64,000 bases of DNA. Source: Bugula neritina. Its lineage: Eukaryota > Animalia > Bryozoa. Below are positions 1-12,300 of this stretch, piece after piece; position 1 is the stretch's first letter, and every line of letters starts with the position of its first letter. Under the pieces are notes generated by a model, which was not told the DNA's origin, made no database searches, and saw only the letters and a list, made by a program, of their open reading frames with translations. The stretch lies in contig OZ037768.1 in the NCBI GenBank assembly GCA_964035545.1, positions 2,884,741 through 2,948,740 of the forward strand. Direction: 5' to 3'. Both the position numbers and the translations under genes were made by a program.

Positions 1-997
1 AGTTGCCAATTGATTGTGATTGGGGAAAATATTTTAAGAATTTAACAATACGAATGAGACAAACAAATTGGTTAGAAGATTTGTATATAAAATTCCTTCA
101 TAGATAAATTTTCTTTTAGAAAATCGATTGTTGCACCTAAAGGCTAGGAGTATACAAGTTAGTGATCAACTAAGCTTTACATAATATTTACTAAACTATA
201 CATGGGCTGTATTAAAAACTATAACTATATTATAACGAAGATTGTATTTTTAACACTTCATTAACATGCTAGGCCTTCTACAGTGTAAATATAGAAATAG
301 CCAATATACCATTTTGCTGTGTACCATATACACACATTAACCAGAATTCAAAACCTAAATTTAATCACAATAGAAAGACAACTGATAAATATGGCTAGTA
401 AATACAAGCATTCATATATTCAACTGTATACACCCAGAGCATATATTATAATACAGCATGCTAACATAGCAGCTTAGACAATAAGTCACGTGTAATGAGT
501 TAGCAGATCTTATAGCAAATTATAGTGTCAAATCTTATAAATATTGCACAAAACCAAAATAAATTAGTAGCCATTAAAGTTGTTGTTGACACAAAAACTA
601 ATGAAACAAATGGGTTTCTTTAAGTATCTTGACTGGCATAGTGAAACTTTGAGTACATACATATAATGCATGGATAATAAATAGGCTTTGATATATGAAT
701 GGAATTCTGCAAATCCAACAATGATATACCCCAATAAAATCATTGTTAAAAATTTCAGTTAATTATAATTATTATTCGAGCTGAATTTTCAACAATGCTG
801 TGAAATAAATATTATTTTACAACATTTAAAAACTGCATATGTTTTAACTATGGTGCGCCTTGCGATTCTATGGATTAAATCAAAAGATATACTGCATGTT
901 ATTCCTGAAATTCAGCCAACACATCACAACTGTCTCTTGTGGTATTTCCGCTTCTAAACTTACTCAGTTTACATCTAAACCTACACTCAGTACTTAC

Positions 998-3900
998 CTT
1001 CATTGGTATTCCAGTTACACTGGTTATGACTAGATTAAAATAGTCCACAGCCAAAGCGACCATCCTGTTGGCTAGGTTACGCCCTGACTCTGTCACTATG
1101 ACTGTTACAGTGAGATTACTAGTCGCCTAAAGAACAGATAATCAGCAATAAAAAGACAACTCCAACATTTAATGTTATTATTAAAGCACTGTAATTGCGT
1201 TTGCTCAACTAATATGGAAATGCTGTGGTAATTATTCAAATTAAAACTATAACTGCTAATACAACAAACTCTATAGTTGAATAGATTAATTAAAATATTT
1301 CTTTATAATAGTATATGCATATGAAGCCTTAGTTCCCAACATTTAGAAACAGAATAGCAAAGACAGTAAATGTGAAGGAAGGACAACTCTACACACCATC
1401 CAAGAATCCTTAGGCAGGACTTTAGGAGTGGATCCCACAGGATGTATGAGGACCAGCACTAACTCACAGTTGGTTATTGGGATACACCTGCACACCAGAC
1501 AAGAATATAATATGTAATATGTATAACATAATATATAATAGGTATGGCATAATATGTAATATGTATAACATGATATATAATATGTATGGCCTAATATGTA
1601 ATACATATAACATAATATGTATAACATAAAATATAATATGTATAACATAATATATGATAGGTATGGCATAATATGTAATATGTATAATATAATATATAAT
1701 ATGTATGGCCTAATATGTAATACATATAACATAATATGTATAACATAAAATATAATATGTATAACATGATATATAAATAGGGAGCAGCCGTGGTCTAGGA
1801 GGTTAGAGTTTTTGCTTTGTGAACACGAAGTCATGGGTTGGAGCCCGGACAAAGGCCATTGGTGATGTTAGGAAGAGCATCCAGTCATAATTGCTCCTGT
1901 GCCTCATCTTAATAAGTCCTTAGCCCGATTTAACAAAAAACCTCTTTCATCAGGGGTTTCCCACAGGGATAGCGACTATAAACTTGCGTGAGTGTGAGAT
2001 ATATAAATAGGTATAATATTTAATACTTCTTGGTGCAGACTAACAGGACATTAGAGTTTACCATTTCTAAGTTATCATTAAATCATAGAATATTAGAGAG
2101 GCGCAAATTAGAAAAATACTGACAACCTGCACTTTCCAGAACTGTCACTTATGATTTGGTGATGCCTTTGTGTAAGTTTACATTAAACAACAACAATAAA
2201 ATATTACATGATACAAAGATAACTAGACATTTAATAAAATGTATAAACTATTGAATAACCAATGAAGATTCATAGTTTATGCTGTTTTATAATCATAATA
2301 CCATAATAAGAATACACAAGGTATTAGCTATAGCACAAACATGGCTGCGTCAGAAAACAGCATTCGAACAATATTACCCAGTTGCGTATTAATTCATTTC
2401 ATCAAATTTCTACAGTAATAGTAATATAAATAGTTGGTTTTATTTCATATTGTATAGTATTATAATGGGTGTATTGCACTTTGCATAGTAATATAATAGC
2501 ATATTACACATTGTATGGTAATACAATGGTTATATTACACATTGCATAGTAATATAATGGTTATATTACACATTGTATGGTAATATAATGGTTATATTAC
2601 ACATTGTATGGTAATATAATGATTATATTGTACATTGTATGATAATACAATAGTTATATTACTATACATTACAGGGTAAAGGGTAGCTGTAAAGTACATA
2701 CTCGTCAGAGCAAAGAGCCTCCCGATTCTTCATCTCAAAATCATTCACAAATTTATCAATAAGATCTGAAACTTGGTTTTCTGACCGAGCAACCTGCAAC
2801 ACAAAACTTAGTGTGAGAATCAGTAACATCCGAGTATAATATGCAGTATACTATACTATATGCTTTGTATTAAAATCAAGTCCAAATTGTCAAAGTGCCA
2901 AAGCACTATGAAACTTCTAAAGTGACTTAAATTTTCCACATTAGGAAATTTATAAAACATAATAACTGGCCTTAATATATAGCTAAAATCTTCGTGTGGT
3001 TTGTGTGCATAAGATTAAATAATCCGTAATATGAAAGACAACTAACATCAAAAAATATAATTTAAGTAGGTTTAGTTCAAAATAATTTAATCAAAACATA
3101 CACCACATTCTTCCCTAGTGTATCAGTAGTTTCAACCAATTGATGGGAATGGTTTAATAGAATCTATTTTGATGTAATTTATAAGCTCTCCTTAAATGAG
3201 TTACAAAACTCTTGAGAACTAGTTCTTGTGGAGCTTTAGAACTTTAAGCTGTGTTGAATATATAAATACCAGATCTTCATTACTTACAGTTACACAAATT
3301 ATTCTGCCATTATTCTGGAAGCTATCAGCATTGTCTAACAAAGTCAACCGTGCATTCACTTGACACTGGGAAGGAGTCAAAAGCTGAGCTGTAGCTGCAT
3401 ACAGACCATGTAGTATAGAGACGTCATCGAATCTTCCAGCTTTTCTAGGTAAACCCAGTGACCCAAAAACTCTTTGAATCTACAACATAAAACAATATAA
3501 TATTAATGGTAATATTTATAGCCAATCAAACAACAGAGTCATTCAGACTAAAGTAACTAGTAATATGTTTATTTAAGTTTGAAGAAAAGCAGAGATGGTT
3601 AAAATACTTACATATTCCAGGTCTTGATGGTCATCTGCCCAACCTGTTAGCTGTTGAGCTATGGTGTCACTGGCTAAGAAACTGATCTGAAATACATAGA
3701 ACATTCATTTGTTTGTAATTAAATAACCAAATATTAATATTTTTGCTGAAATACTTTTGTGGTCAACAAATTGTATAGAACATATATAGGAAATATTGTG
3801 TTCAACTATTCCATATTATTATTCATGTTATGCTAAATAACCAACACTCTTTCTTACCAATTTCTTTCTTCCAAATATATCATAAATAATACGACAAAAC

Positions 3901-4076
3901 TCCAAACCAGCTTCTATGCTGCATGTCCAGTGTGACTTTGACAACGCGGCCAATGGTATAATGTTAGGTCTGTTTTTATTGGCTACATCATATTCATATT
4001 CCTCGTCAGAAGGGGACAACATTTTGGGGCCATGATCAAAAACAAAAACAGTTTTGTAGTTCTGTGGGTACACCAT
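998..4076 (-). CDS. INTS13: Integrator complex subunit 13 (asunder), 5' part; exons 4076-3858, 3686-3612, 3479-3288, 2793-2702, 1487-1397, 1126-998; continues off the left edge
   Basis: Spliced translation MVYPQNYKTVFVFDHGP..IIPLAALSKSHWTCSIEAGLEFCRIIYDIF..ISFLASD..SILHGL..NGRIICVT..CELVL..ITSVTGIPMK follows the INTS13/ASUN N-terminus (KTVFVVDH, SKSLWTCSVE, GRIICIT, TITNIPMKEE). All introns are GT-AG with consistent phases. Confidence 0.93.
1505..1778. repeat. AT-rich ~21-bp minisatellite (ATATGTATAACATAATATATA variants) in an INTS13 intron
   Basis: Tandem degenerate units are visible; they explain the spurious Y/I/L/H-rich ORF 1343-1852. Confidence 0.85.
1779..1988 (+). mobile_element. tRNA-derived SINE, family 1
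   Basis: tRNA-like head with A box (TGGTCTAGGAGG) and degenerate B box (GGTTGGAGCCC). A closely similar ~205-bp copy lies at 41621-41825. Confidence 0.85.
2455..2670. repeat. ~31-bp minisatellite (GGTAATATAATGGTTATATTACACATTGTAT)
   Basis: About 6-7 tandem copies just inside an INTS13 intron. Confidence 0.85.
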
Positions 4077-4279
4077 TTTTCATACCTAAAATTTCAATTA
4101 CTTGAATAAAAATTGAGTATAAAACTGAAAGAAATGGATATTTGTTGAATGAGCAACGTCAACTTCACTAATTGTATATGAACTAACAACTAAAATTGAA
4201 AAACAATCATGAATCAGTTATACAAGATGAAAGTAATAAAATAATAAAATAATATAGACTAGTAAAAGTATTTGTCATA

Positions 4280-5700
4280 CTTACACTGATGGTGATACTC
4301 ATATTGAATACTGATAATCATGATGATAATAAAAAATTATGACCATGAGTTCACATTGACTTTTACTTTATCACTTGAACTTCGACTTAGAGTTGAACTT
4401 GAAGTTGATGTTTGTTTACAATTTAATATTTGCATTTTTTACTCTTACTCTAAGTCTAACTCTTAGTCCTACTCTTAGTACTTAGTTTTACAAGTTCAAG
4501 TTCAACCTGTTTAAGTTACATATTATAATTAATAATCATATTAATATTATTATTATAAATATAAATTTTAATATACTTATAGTTATAGTTATAAATTAAA
4601 ATTATAATTATTATTTATATCTGTATCATATATTACCTGAGGTGTAAATTAATGTTTATTACCTAAGCAGATTGATTTACTTAGGTTTAAAAACTTATTT
4701 TAACTAACAAATCTACTTGAAGTTTATTATGGCATGAGCTGTAATTTGACAGTGAATGCCACCAGCAAGTATTATTATTATAATTATAACTAGCGCAAAT
4801 TATTGCTCCATAATTAAACGGATGTTATAAAGAAGTAAAAACGGCTGTTGTCGCTACAAGTAGCCTGTGTTGTAAATTGAAATTATTGTAAAGAAGTTGT
4901 TTAATGCACTTTTTATCCTGTGTTTCTTGACTTTGCAAAATCTCATTTGATAAACTCATACTTATGTTTTATGTCTACTATTTTATATTAGACTCAAAGG
5001 CTAATATTAAGAACCTCAACACAAATAATACACTCGTTGACAAGGAGCAGGCCAGCATTATGAATCTAATACTGCGTTCATCATTGTAATAAAGGCCAGA
5101 AAGTTAGTTGATTGCACAGCTTAATTGTTGATACCAAATTCATTGTGATTGTCGACATGCTTTAGTACAATCGAATGCTATAATCTAGATCTGGAGTATT
5201 GGGCACAGTAGCAGACAGGTAAGGCGTAACACCAAGGAATAAGGTAGCCATAGTGATAGTCATAGTGCCACTGAAAGTGAATCTGATAGTCATAGTGATA
5301 GACTGATAGTGATACTGATACTCATTAGTCATTACTGATACTGATAGTGATAGTCATACTCAATCTCAGACTGATAGTGATACTCATACTCATAGTGACT
5401 GTGATAGTCACTATCAATATCATTATTCATAGTGATAGTCACCCAGTGTAAGTGATCAGTAACTGTAATGCTCAGCCTCATAGTTTCAGTCATGCTCATA
5501 GTCATAATTACTGATAGTTATACTGCTACTTATACTATAACTATTACTCATAGTCATAATCATGGTGATAGTCATACTGGTACGACACTGATAGTTTAAC
5601 AATAACAATGCAAATATTACTAATACACTTATAGTAATAATAAATATAATTATAATACTTAGTAACTCTTAGTAGTTAGTAGTTAGTACTATAATTTTAA
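4280..5700. promoter_or_regulatory. Probable divergent promoter / 5'UTR region between INTS13 (-) and the Cas gene (+), with a degenerate T(C/G)ATA(C/G) hexamer tract at ~5250-5590
   Basis: The genes are head to head. Candidate UTR splice donors lie at ~4283 (-) and ~5219 (+). The low-complexity hexamer tract is directly visible. Confidence 0.45.
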
Positions 5701-6369
5701 ATTTAACTTCTTCAAGTTAATAATGTCAAATATATATATTGTCTATTGCCAGTAAATATAATGGTAGTATAAGTACTAAACCGTGCATGAGATTTACATA
5801 AATTATGTAACTAAATCTTATAGTTATTATGATAATTTTAACTATTACTAACTACTATGTAATTGATATTTTTTGCAATAGTCAAAATGATGATAGAACA
5901 GAAACTTCATAAGATTGCTTATAACGCTCTGTGACCTATTGATAAAATAGATAAATTTTAATAAAGATAAAATAAACAATATGAATATACATAGTGCGTA
6001 TATTGTTGATTTTATCTTCATCATGATCAGACTTTATCTAGTATAACAGTTTTTTAAAACAGTGATGACATAAAGCACAAAAAATATCCTAACGTAGACA
6101 GGTTTCAAGAGTTGAGTGTTGAAAGTTCATACAATGTCTAAATTTACTGTAGGCTGATAGGGAATTCACAGAGTTTTATTTCCTTGCAGATGTCTTTGAG
6201 CCTGCTAGTCAAACTATGTGTTAAAAAGCTATACTTTTGTTGTTGTCATCTTATAGAAATCCTGCACACAGCAGTTGAGAGATATACAGCACAGCATTCA
6301 AGTTTGAATATAATTGCCTTATATACTATGCTCTCGTATGGACAAGGTGCTCAGAATCTGAGCAATAAC

Positions 6370-9300
6370 ATGTCTAAGGTAAGAATGGTAGGCTATGTAT
6401 TAAATCATTTGTCAGCTATATATGTTTGTTCATACATTTCAACTACAGAGCTTTTCATAAGACAAGTTCTACAATAATGATGAAAATTGTATCAAGTCAT
6501 TTTATTTTCTATTCAAATTTTAGTTTAAATTTTGAAAGTTTTCTGTTTTAAAACTAATTTCTTTTGTAAAAAAATATGCGACAAGTTTCTTCTATGTTGC
6601 ATTTGTCTCAAGTTACGATACTCTCAATCTTGCACCACCCCCCCCCCCCTCAATATCCAAAACCCTAAAATAAAAATAACTCTTGACGACTAACTCTTTT
6701 GGTAGCTTAGACTTTAACTGATCATAGTGTTTCATCTATATAGCACAATCATAAGTCCGTTGCAAATACCCAGCAACATTTGAAAGGTGTCAGCGGTGTT
6801 CTGCTTAATGATTTCATTGTCTTGTTATCTCTGTTTATCAAATTATCCCAAAATGACACTCTGTCACTAAGAAATAACTTGAAAAGGTTTGAACAACTCC
6901 TACACACTGTCTATGAGAATCCCTACGCCAACATCTTTTAATCATAGAGAAAGCGAGATATGACAATTGTTGGGTTGAGTGTACCTTGAAACTGTTTTGG
7001 AAAAAGCTGCAAATCAGTATACGTAGAGAAAATAAAACGAAAAGATAATCAGATTTGTCTGCAGGCGCACTGATAACATCACAGATAAAAAGTTGTCATC
7101 CGAATAGACTCCAGTGTGACATTTGGCAGCCTGGTTAAATAAGGAATGGTGTAGCCAGCTGTAGTATATAACAGGTGCTTTGGAGTACATGATTACGTAT
7201 CAAAGCCTCTAACTAATTACTTATGACAGGCTTAACTGAATAATTAGATGATCCTTTGCCAAAAACTACTGCCATCAACGCATCAATAAGTACAAATAAT
7301 GAGCCTTACATTGACTGGCGTTAGCCTAGTGTAAATGATATCTCATTATCAGGGTTTTTTTTCAGACTACCATGTCAGTTGGTGGAATAAATTTTTTTAC
7401 TTATATCAAGTAGTGATTCCGGACTATCAAATGTGGCATGGGTTAGCCAAGTTGATAGACAACTGACAGTCAAAATCATTATCAAGTATGTTGAAGTTGG
7501 TGACGTCTTGCTGGATATCATATCTAATGTGTATCAGAAGTTGCTATCAGAGCTCTATGAAATAACATGTAACTTTACACAACAGGGAACTGGGATATGA
7601 TCGGTAGCTAAAAAGACTAGCTTTAAAACTTAACCCTGTTGGGGAACATTTTTCATCATATTTGTGAAACCTACAGATGAGGTGCATAAGGAAAAGGTGA
7701 TGCATTACCATTGTAAGGTTGCATCAATTAGGGCAATGAGGGCGACATTATTGCATTGTGTCAGGTATTAATGAAGGAAGTAAAGTCATAAAACACTTCC
7801 TAATCGTGACTTACATCAGCTATTAAACTTACTGGTTTCTTCAGTTTCATTAGTGTGTAAAATGGAGGTCCAACTGCAACTATGCTTGCCCATTGCTTCA
7901 TAAACTTCTATTGGCTGTTTTTTCCATCTTTATCTTTTTTGAACTAATGAGAAACACGAAGGCACTAATCGTAGTGCCACTTTGCTAATCTATTTTAAAG
8001 CCTGCTAGATAGAGATCTTGTAAATAAGTTGTTTGTCTTTGCCATGATTAAACCAGAAAGATGTTGCAGTTGATAATTTTTTATCCTGACACTTTGACTA
8101 AAATGTTAATCATGGTACAAGAGATTTTCGGTCAGCCTAGATGATAAGACACTCTTCAGGCTGCAACTTAGTACAACATCCCAATTTATCACTCATTAAG
8201 CGCTTGTATTTGTTGGCAATTAAATCGATAACAAAATGCTTCAAGATAATTTATATATAAACAAAGCGTGCACTGTCCGTTGATGGCCCACAGATGAGCA
8301 CACACCAAGCTAATAATATGCACATTATATTTATTAATAATTTTAATGGGTTGGCATAAAGCAAGAGACAGAATGTTAATGAATTGCATATAAAATTGAA
8401 GAGTAACAAAGAACTCCAACTCTTATTATTAATGACATTATAAATGCATAAGAAGTGCTTTGTAAAGACATCCCTTGGGGGTGCTGATGCATCACATAAT
8501 AGTAGCAGCAAAGGTCTGCCTCGCTATCACCAATAGTAAATAGATTTAGTGCACAATGTTAAGATACATCATGCATTTGCAGCTAGTACTTCATAAGCAA
8601 CCATTAACCAAACTGCAACCATCAATTCCAAATGACTCACGTCTTAAACTCATTTGAACCAATATTCCCAGTTCAATGAGGGTCATGTGTGATAATCTGG
8701 ACTTCAGACAATATGTTTGTGTGAACTGAGTTTATTAGCTGTATTATTATCAGCAACGTACACTTGATCTGCTGTAGGCTGAATGTTGTTAAATAGTGTG
8801 AAAATATGCATGCTGTTTATATTGTCTGTCAAACTGAATAGCTAGGTGCCCCTCATGTGCCTCTATGTTTTCTTTACTGCTAACATTTTGTTTTTCTAAC
8901 TTGTGCTGTTGTTTTCACTTTTACTTTAAAAATCTCTAATTACACTAAAGGAATTTGCTAACAATGGTGGGCTCCACTTGTTCGGACACAATATGCCCTT
9001 TGTGCTATCTTGATTAATTACATCAGTTTTAAAGTCAGCCGCTCTGGTCAGCACCACCTCAGCTTAAGTTGGTTATTGGCAGTGAGTTTTACAAGGTGTA
9101 CAGCTTCATGTAATGGCAATTAATTAATATCAACTAATATACAGCACTTGTGGTGTATGAAGATGTAATTGAGATGAATTAGTGTACAGAGATGAAAGGA
9201 CTTGCAGAGTGTACTGCAGCCACATCTGCTGCAATTAAATGTTATAAGGAAATGTACAATCACTTTAGATCTGCTAATTATAGAAATAGGGGTGCAAGTG

Positions 9301-12300
9301 TAGTAACTCAGAACTGTTCTTATGTTATTAATATAAAGTATGAATAAGTATCACATGACTTCAATACTGTCTCATCATTTCACCATAAAATATGCTCAAC
9401 CCACAGTGATTTGTAAATTTATGGTATATTTTGTAAATCTGCAATCTGATTGGCCCACATTGGCTTTCTGACTTCATATACTTTCACTGACTCACTTATT
9501 ACTCATCTAAACCTTTTAGTCATGGCTTTAGGCTTTAAAATACCATCTGCCCTTACTCTGTTGATGTCACTAAGTGGTGATTACTGTGCCTTGCTGTGCT
9601 TGTTTATTATCAGCAAAATGCTGCTACTAATTATTATGTAATCCTGGCAATAACCAAACTTTTGCTGACTCTATAACTTATTACAATTGCTTGAAACTGC
9701 AAAGTATTTTGATAATATCACGTTACATTTTACTAACACTCCACATGCAACAATTGAGAATAATTTTGAACAGCGTAATTTGACTCAAATAAAAGCGTAC
9801 TCTTAAAATTACACAAGGGCATACGTATGCTTGGTATGCCTTATGCAAGACTCACTACCAGCTAAAAGCTTGTTTAGTAAACTTAGGTTGTTGTTAGTGA
9901 ATCATAAAGGTATGAACACTTTGAATCACTTGGCTTTTGAATCAATCTTTAGCCGCTGATTATTAAAAGCAGTGATATTGAACAAACATAATAGGGGGAT
10001 ATTTTATCTACACTTGCACTGGGTAATGTTAAGATTATTGAGCGACTGAACGGAAGGTGTTCAGCTGACATTCTACAGTCACGACAAACACAAAAAGTAT
10101 AGAATAGTTTATTCATAGCACTTGGAACAATCAAAGCTACACTTTAATTGATATCTTGTTGGCTAGACTTAGTCAAAAGGTTGACAGTTATCAATTAATA
10201 GACTGAAGAATGGAAACATCATTTAATCAATCATTTGCCCTATTATCAGACTTGGTTTGGAAAACAGAATTATTTCATTTTCAGCATTCTTGAAACTGGT
10301 GTCCTGAAAATGTGATAACATTGATATCAAACATCAAAACTATTTTGTTGAATTCCACAAAATGTAATGATTTAAAATGAACATAGATGGGGCTAGCATA
10401 AGCTGTTTCACTTAATAGTAGTAGACTTCAACACAAAATATAAGAATCCCTATTGTGTGTGCAGTGAGTGGATACAGTTAGGGGGTACAGTGAGTGGATA
10501 CAGTGAGTGGATACAGTGAGGGGGTAAAGTGAGTGGACACAGGGAGATCACAAGTAGCTCTCCCGCCTTAACAAGAGTGCCTACTTCGCATACCTCAACC
10601 ACTGAACTTTGGTCAATAGAATAGTAGATTAGATTTAAGCACCCTGAAGTATAGGACTTTAACACTCTTGTATCACTAAGGAGTTTATTAAGCTCTGCCC
10701 TAGTTCTTGCAATAGTCATGTATGTACGGCGGGTACCACATGCTAAGGTAATTGCGATACATTGCAACAGCGTATTCTGTCAAATAAAACTTCAGCTTCT
10801 CGAAGGCCAAACTCTTACAAACGCTGCCATTTTCCAGCAGACTGGCAGCATATTTGACTTATTAAGTAAAACTTTGGCAGCTGCTTTAGTTCCTACACTG
10901 GATTTACATTCCATGGTTTGGGGCCTGGGTTGACCAGACTAATTTTGAACCGAAATGAGTGTTGGAATAGAGTATTTTCTTAAACCAATATTGCAGCAAC
11001 TTCTCGTAGCCCGAGGGCTTGATTTGCTCCAAATACTGGGCCTATGTCTAAAGACTAATTTAATTGTGCTTATTGCTGACTCTGATATGCATTACAGTGC
11101 ATTATACAAGTATCCTTAACAATGGCCAAAGCCTAAGGTAATAGCAACCTTAAGCAAACTTGTAATCTTGCAATGGCATAGCTTATACAAAGTATTGACT
11201 GCCCATGGGGTATGGAAAGGCCCAAACAATTTGAAAAGGAAAACTATTCATGCTATTACTTGATGTGAACAACCCAACTTTATCTTTTAAGTTACGCAAT
11301 AATCTCAATTATAATATGAAGTTTGCATGTATTCAAGTAATAACATTGTTCCATTCATTGAATTATGTAAGAATTAATGTGTTGAGGTGCACAATGATAA
11401 TCTGATGAAGGCATACTACTCAAACATGTATGATATTGTATAGTTACACATTCCTCTTTATCTCCATTGGCTAATTTCTCACTGCGTCTGATCACATCTA
11501 TTATAATGTTTTATCCCAGCCCAGACATACCCTTGTAATTGCTGCCGAGCACTGGACATTGTGTTAATATCGGCATCAGACTTGGTGTGAGTCACTCGTG
11601 CATCAAAATGAATATGAGTTTTATTTTGCAGACGTGCTGCTTGGCTAAAGCTAAGTTCGACAACTTTGCAGAGTCACACGATGAGCTGGCTTTTAGGAAA
11701 GGCGATGTGCTTACAGTTGTAGACCAGGTATAGTCTATACTCTATATATACTAGTCTATACTCTATATATATTAGTCTATATTCTATAGATACTAGTCTG
11801 TACTCTATAGATACTAGTCTATACTCTATAGATACTAGTCTATACTTCATATATTCTATACTCTACAGTCTGTACTCTATAGATACTAGTCTATACTCTA
11901 TAGATACTAGTCTATACTCTGTAGATACTAGTCTATACTCTATAGATACTAGTCTATACTCTATAGTCTGTACTCTATAGACACTAGACTATACTCACTC
12001 AGTGCAAATGTTTAGCAAAGTGTGCTGTTATTAATAGCACTGTCTTGTGATGTTGTAAGTGATGTGCACATAGGAAGCCAATTCATAGGTTATGTAAACA
12101 TGACTCTATTCATTAAGTGTTAATAAGGTTACTATTAGCTTGTGGTGTGACTTTGGTCACCACCCAAATCTTATCAGTGAAAATGTGAATGAAGGCATTA
12201 TAGCCTGTAAGTTGATGATGTTGTTTGTGTTGGCCAAAAGTGATTCTCCTGTAGCCTCAGGTTGTGAAAAATTAAATCTATAAAACCTGTTCTAAGTCTG

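Noticed and set aside
1343-1852. 169-aa hydrophobic ORF
   Set aside because: It is a composite of a SINE, an AT-rich minisatellite and one INTS13 exon.
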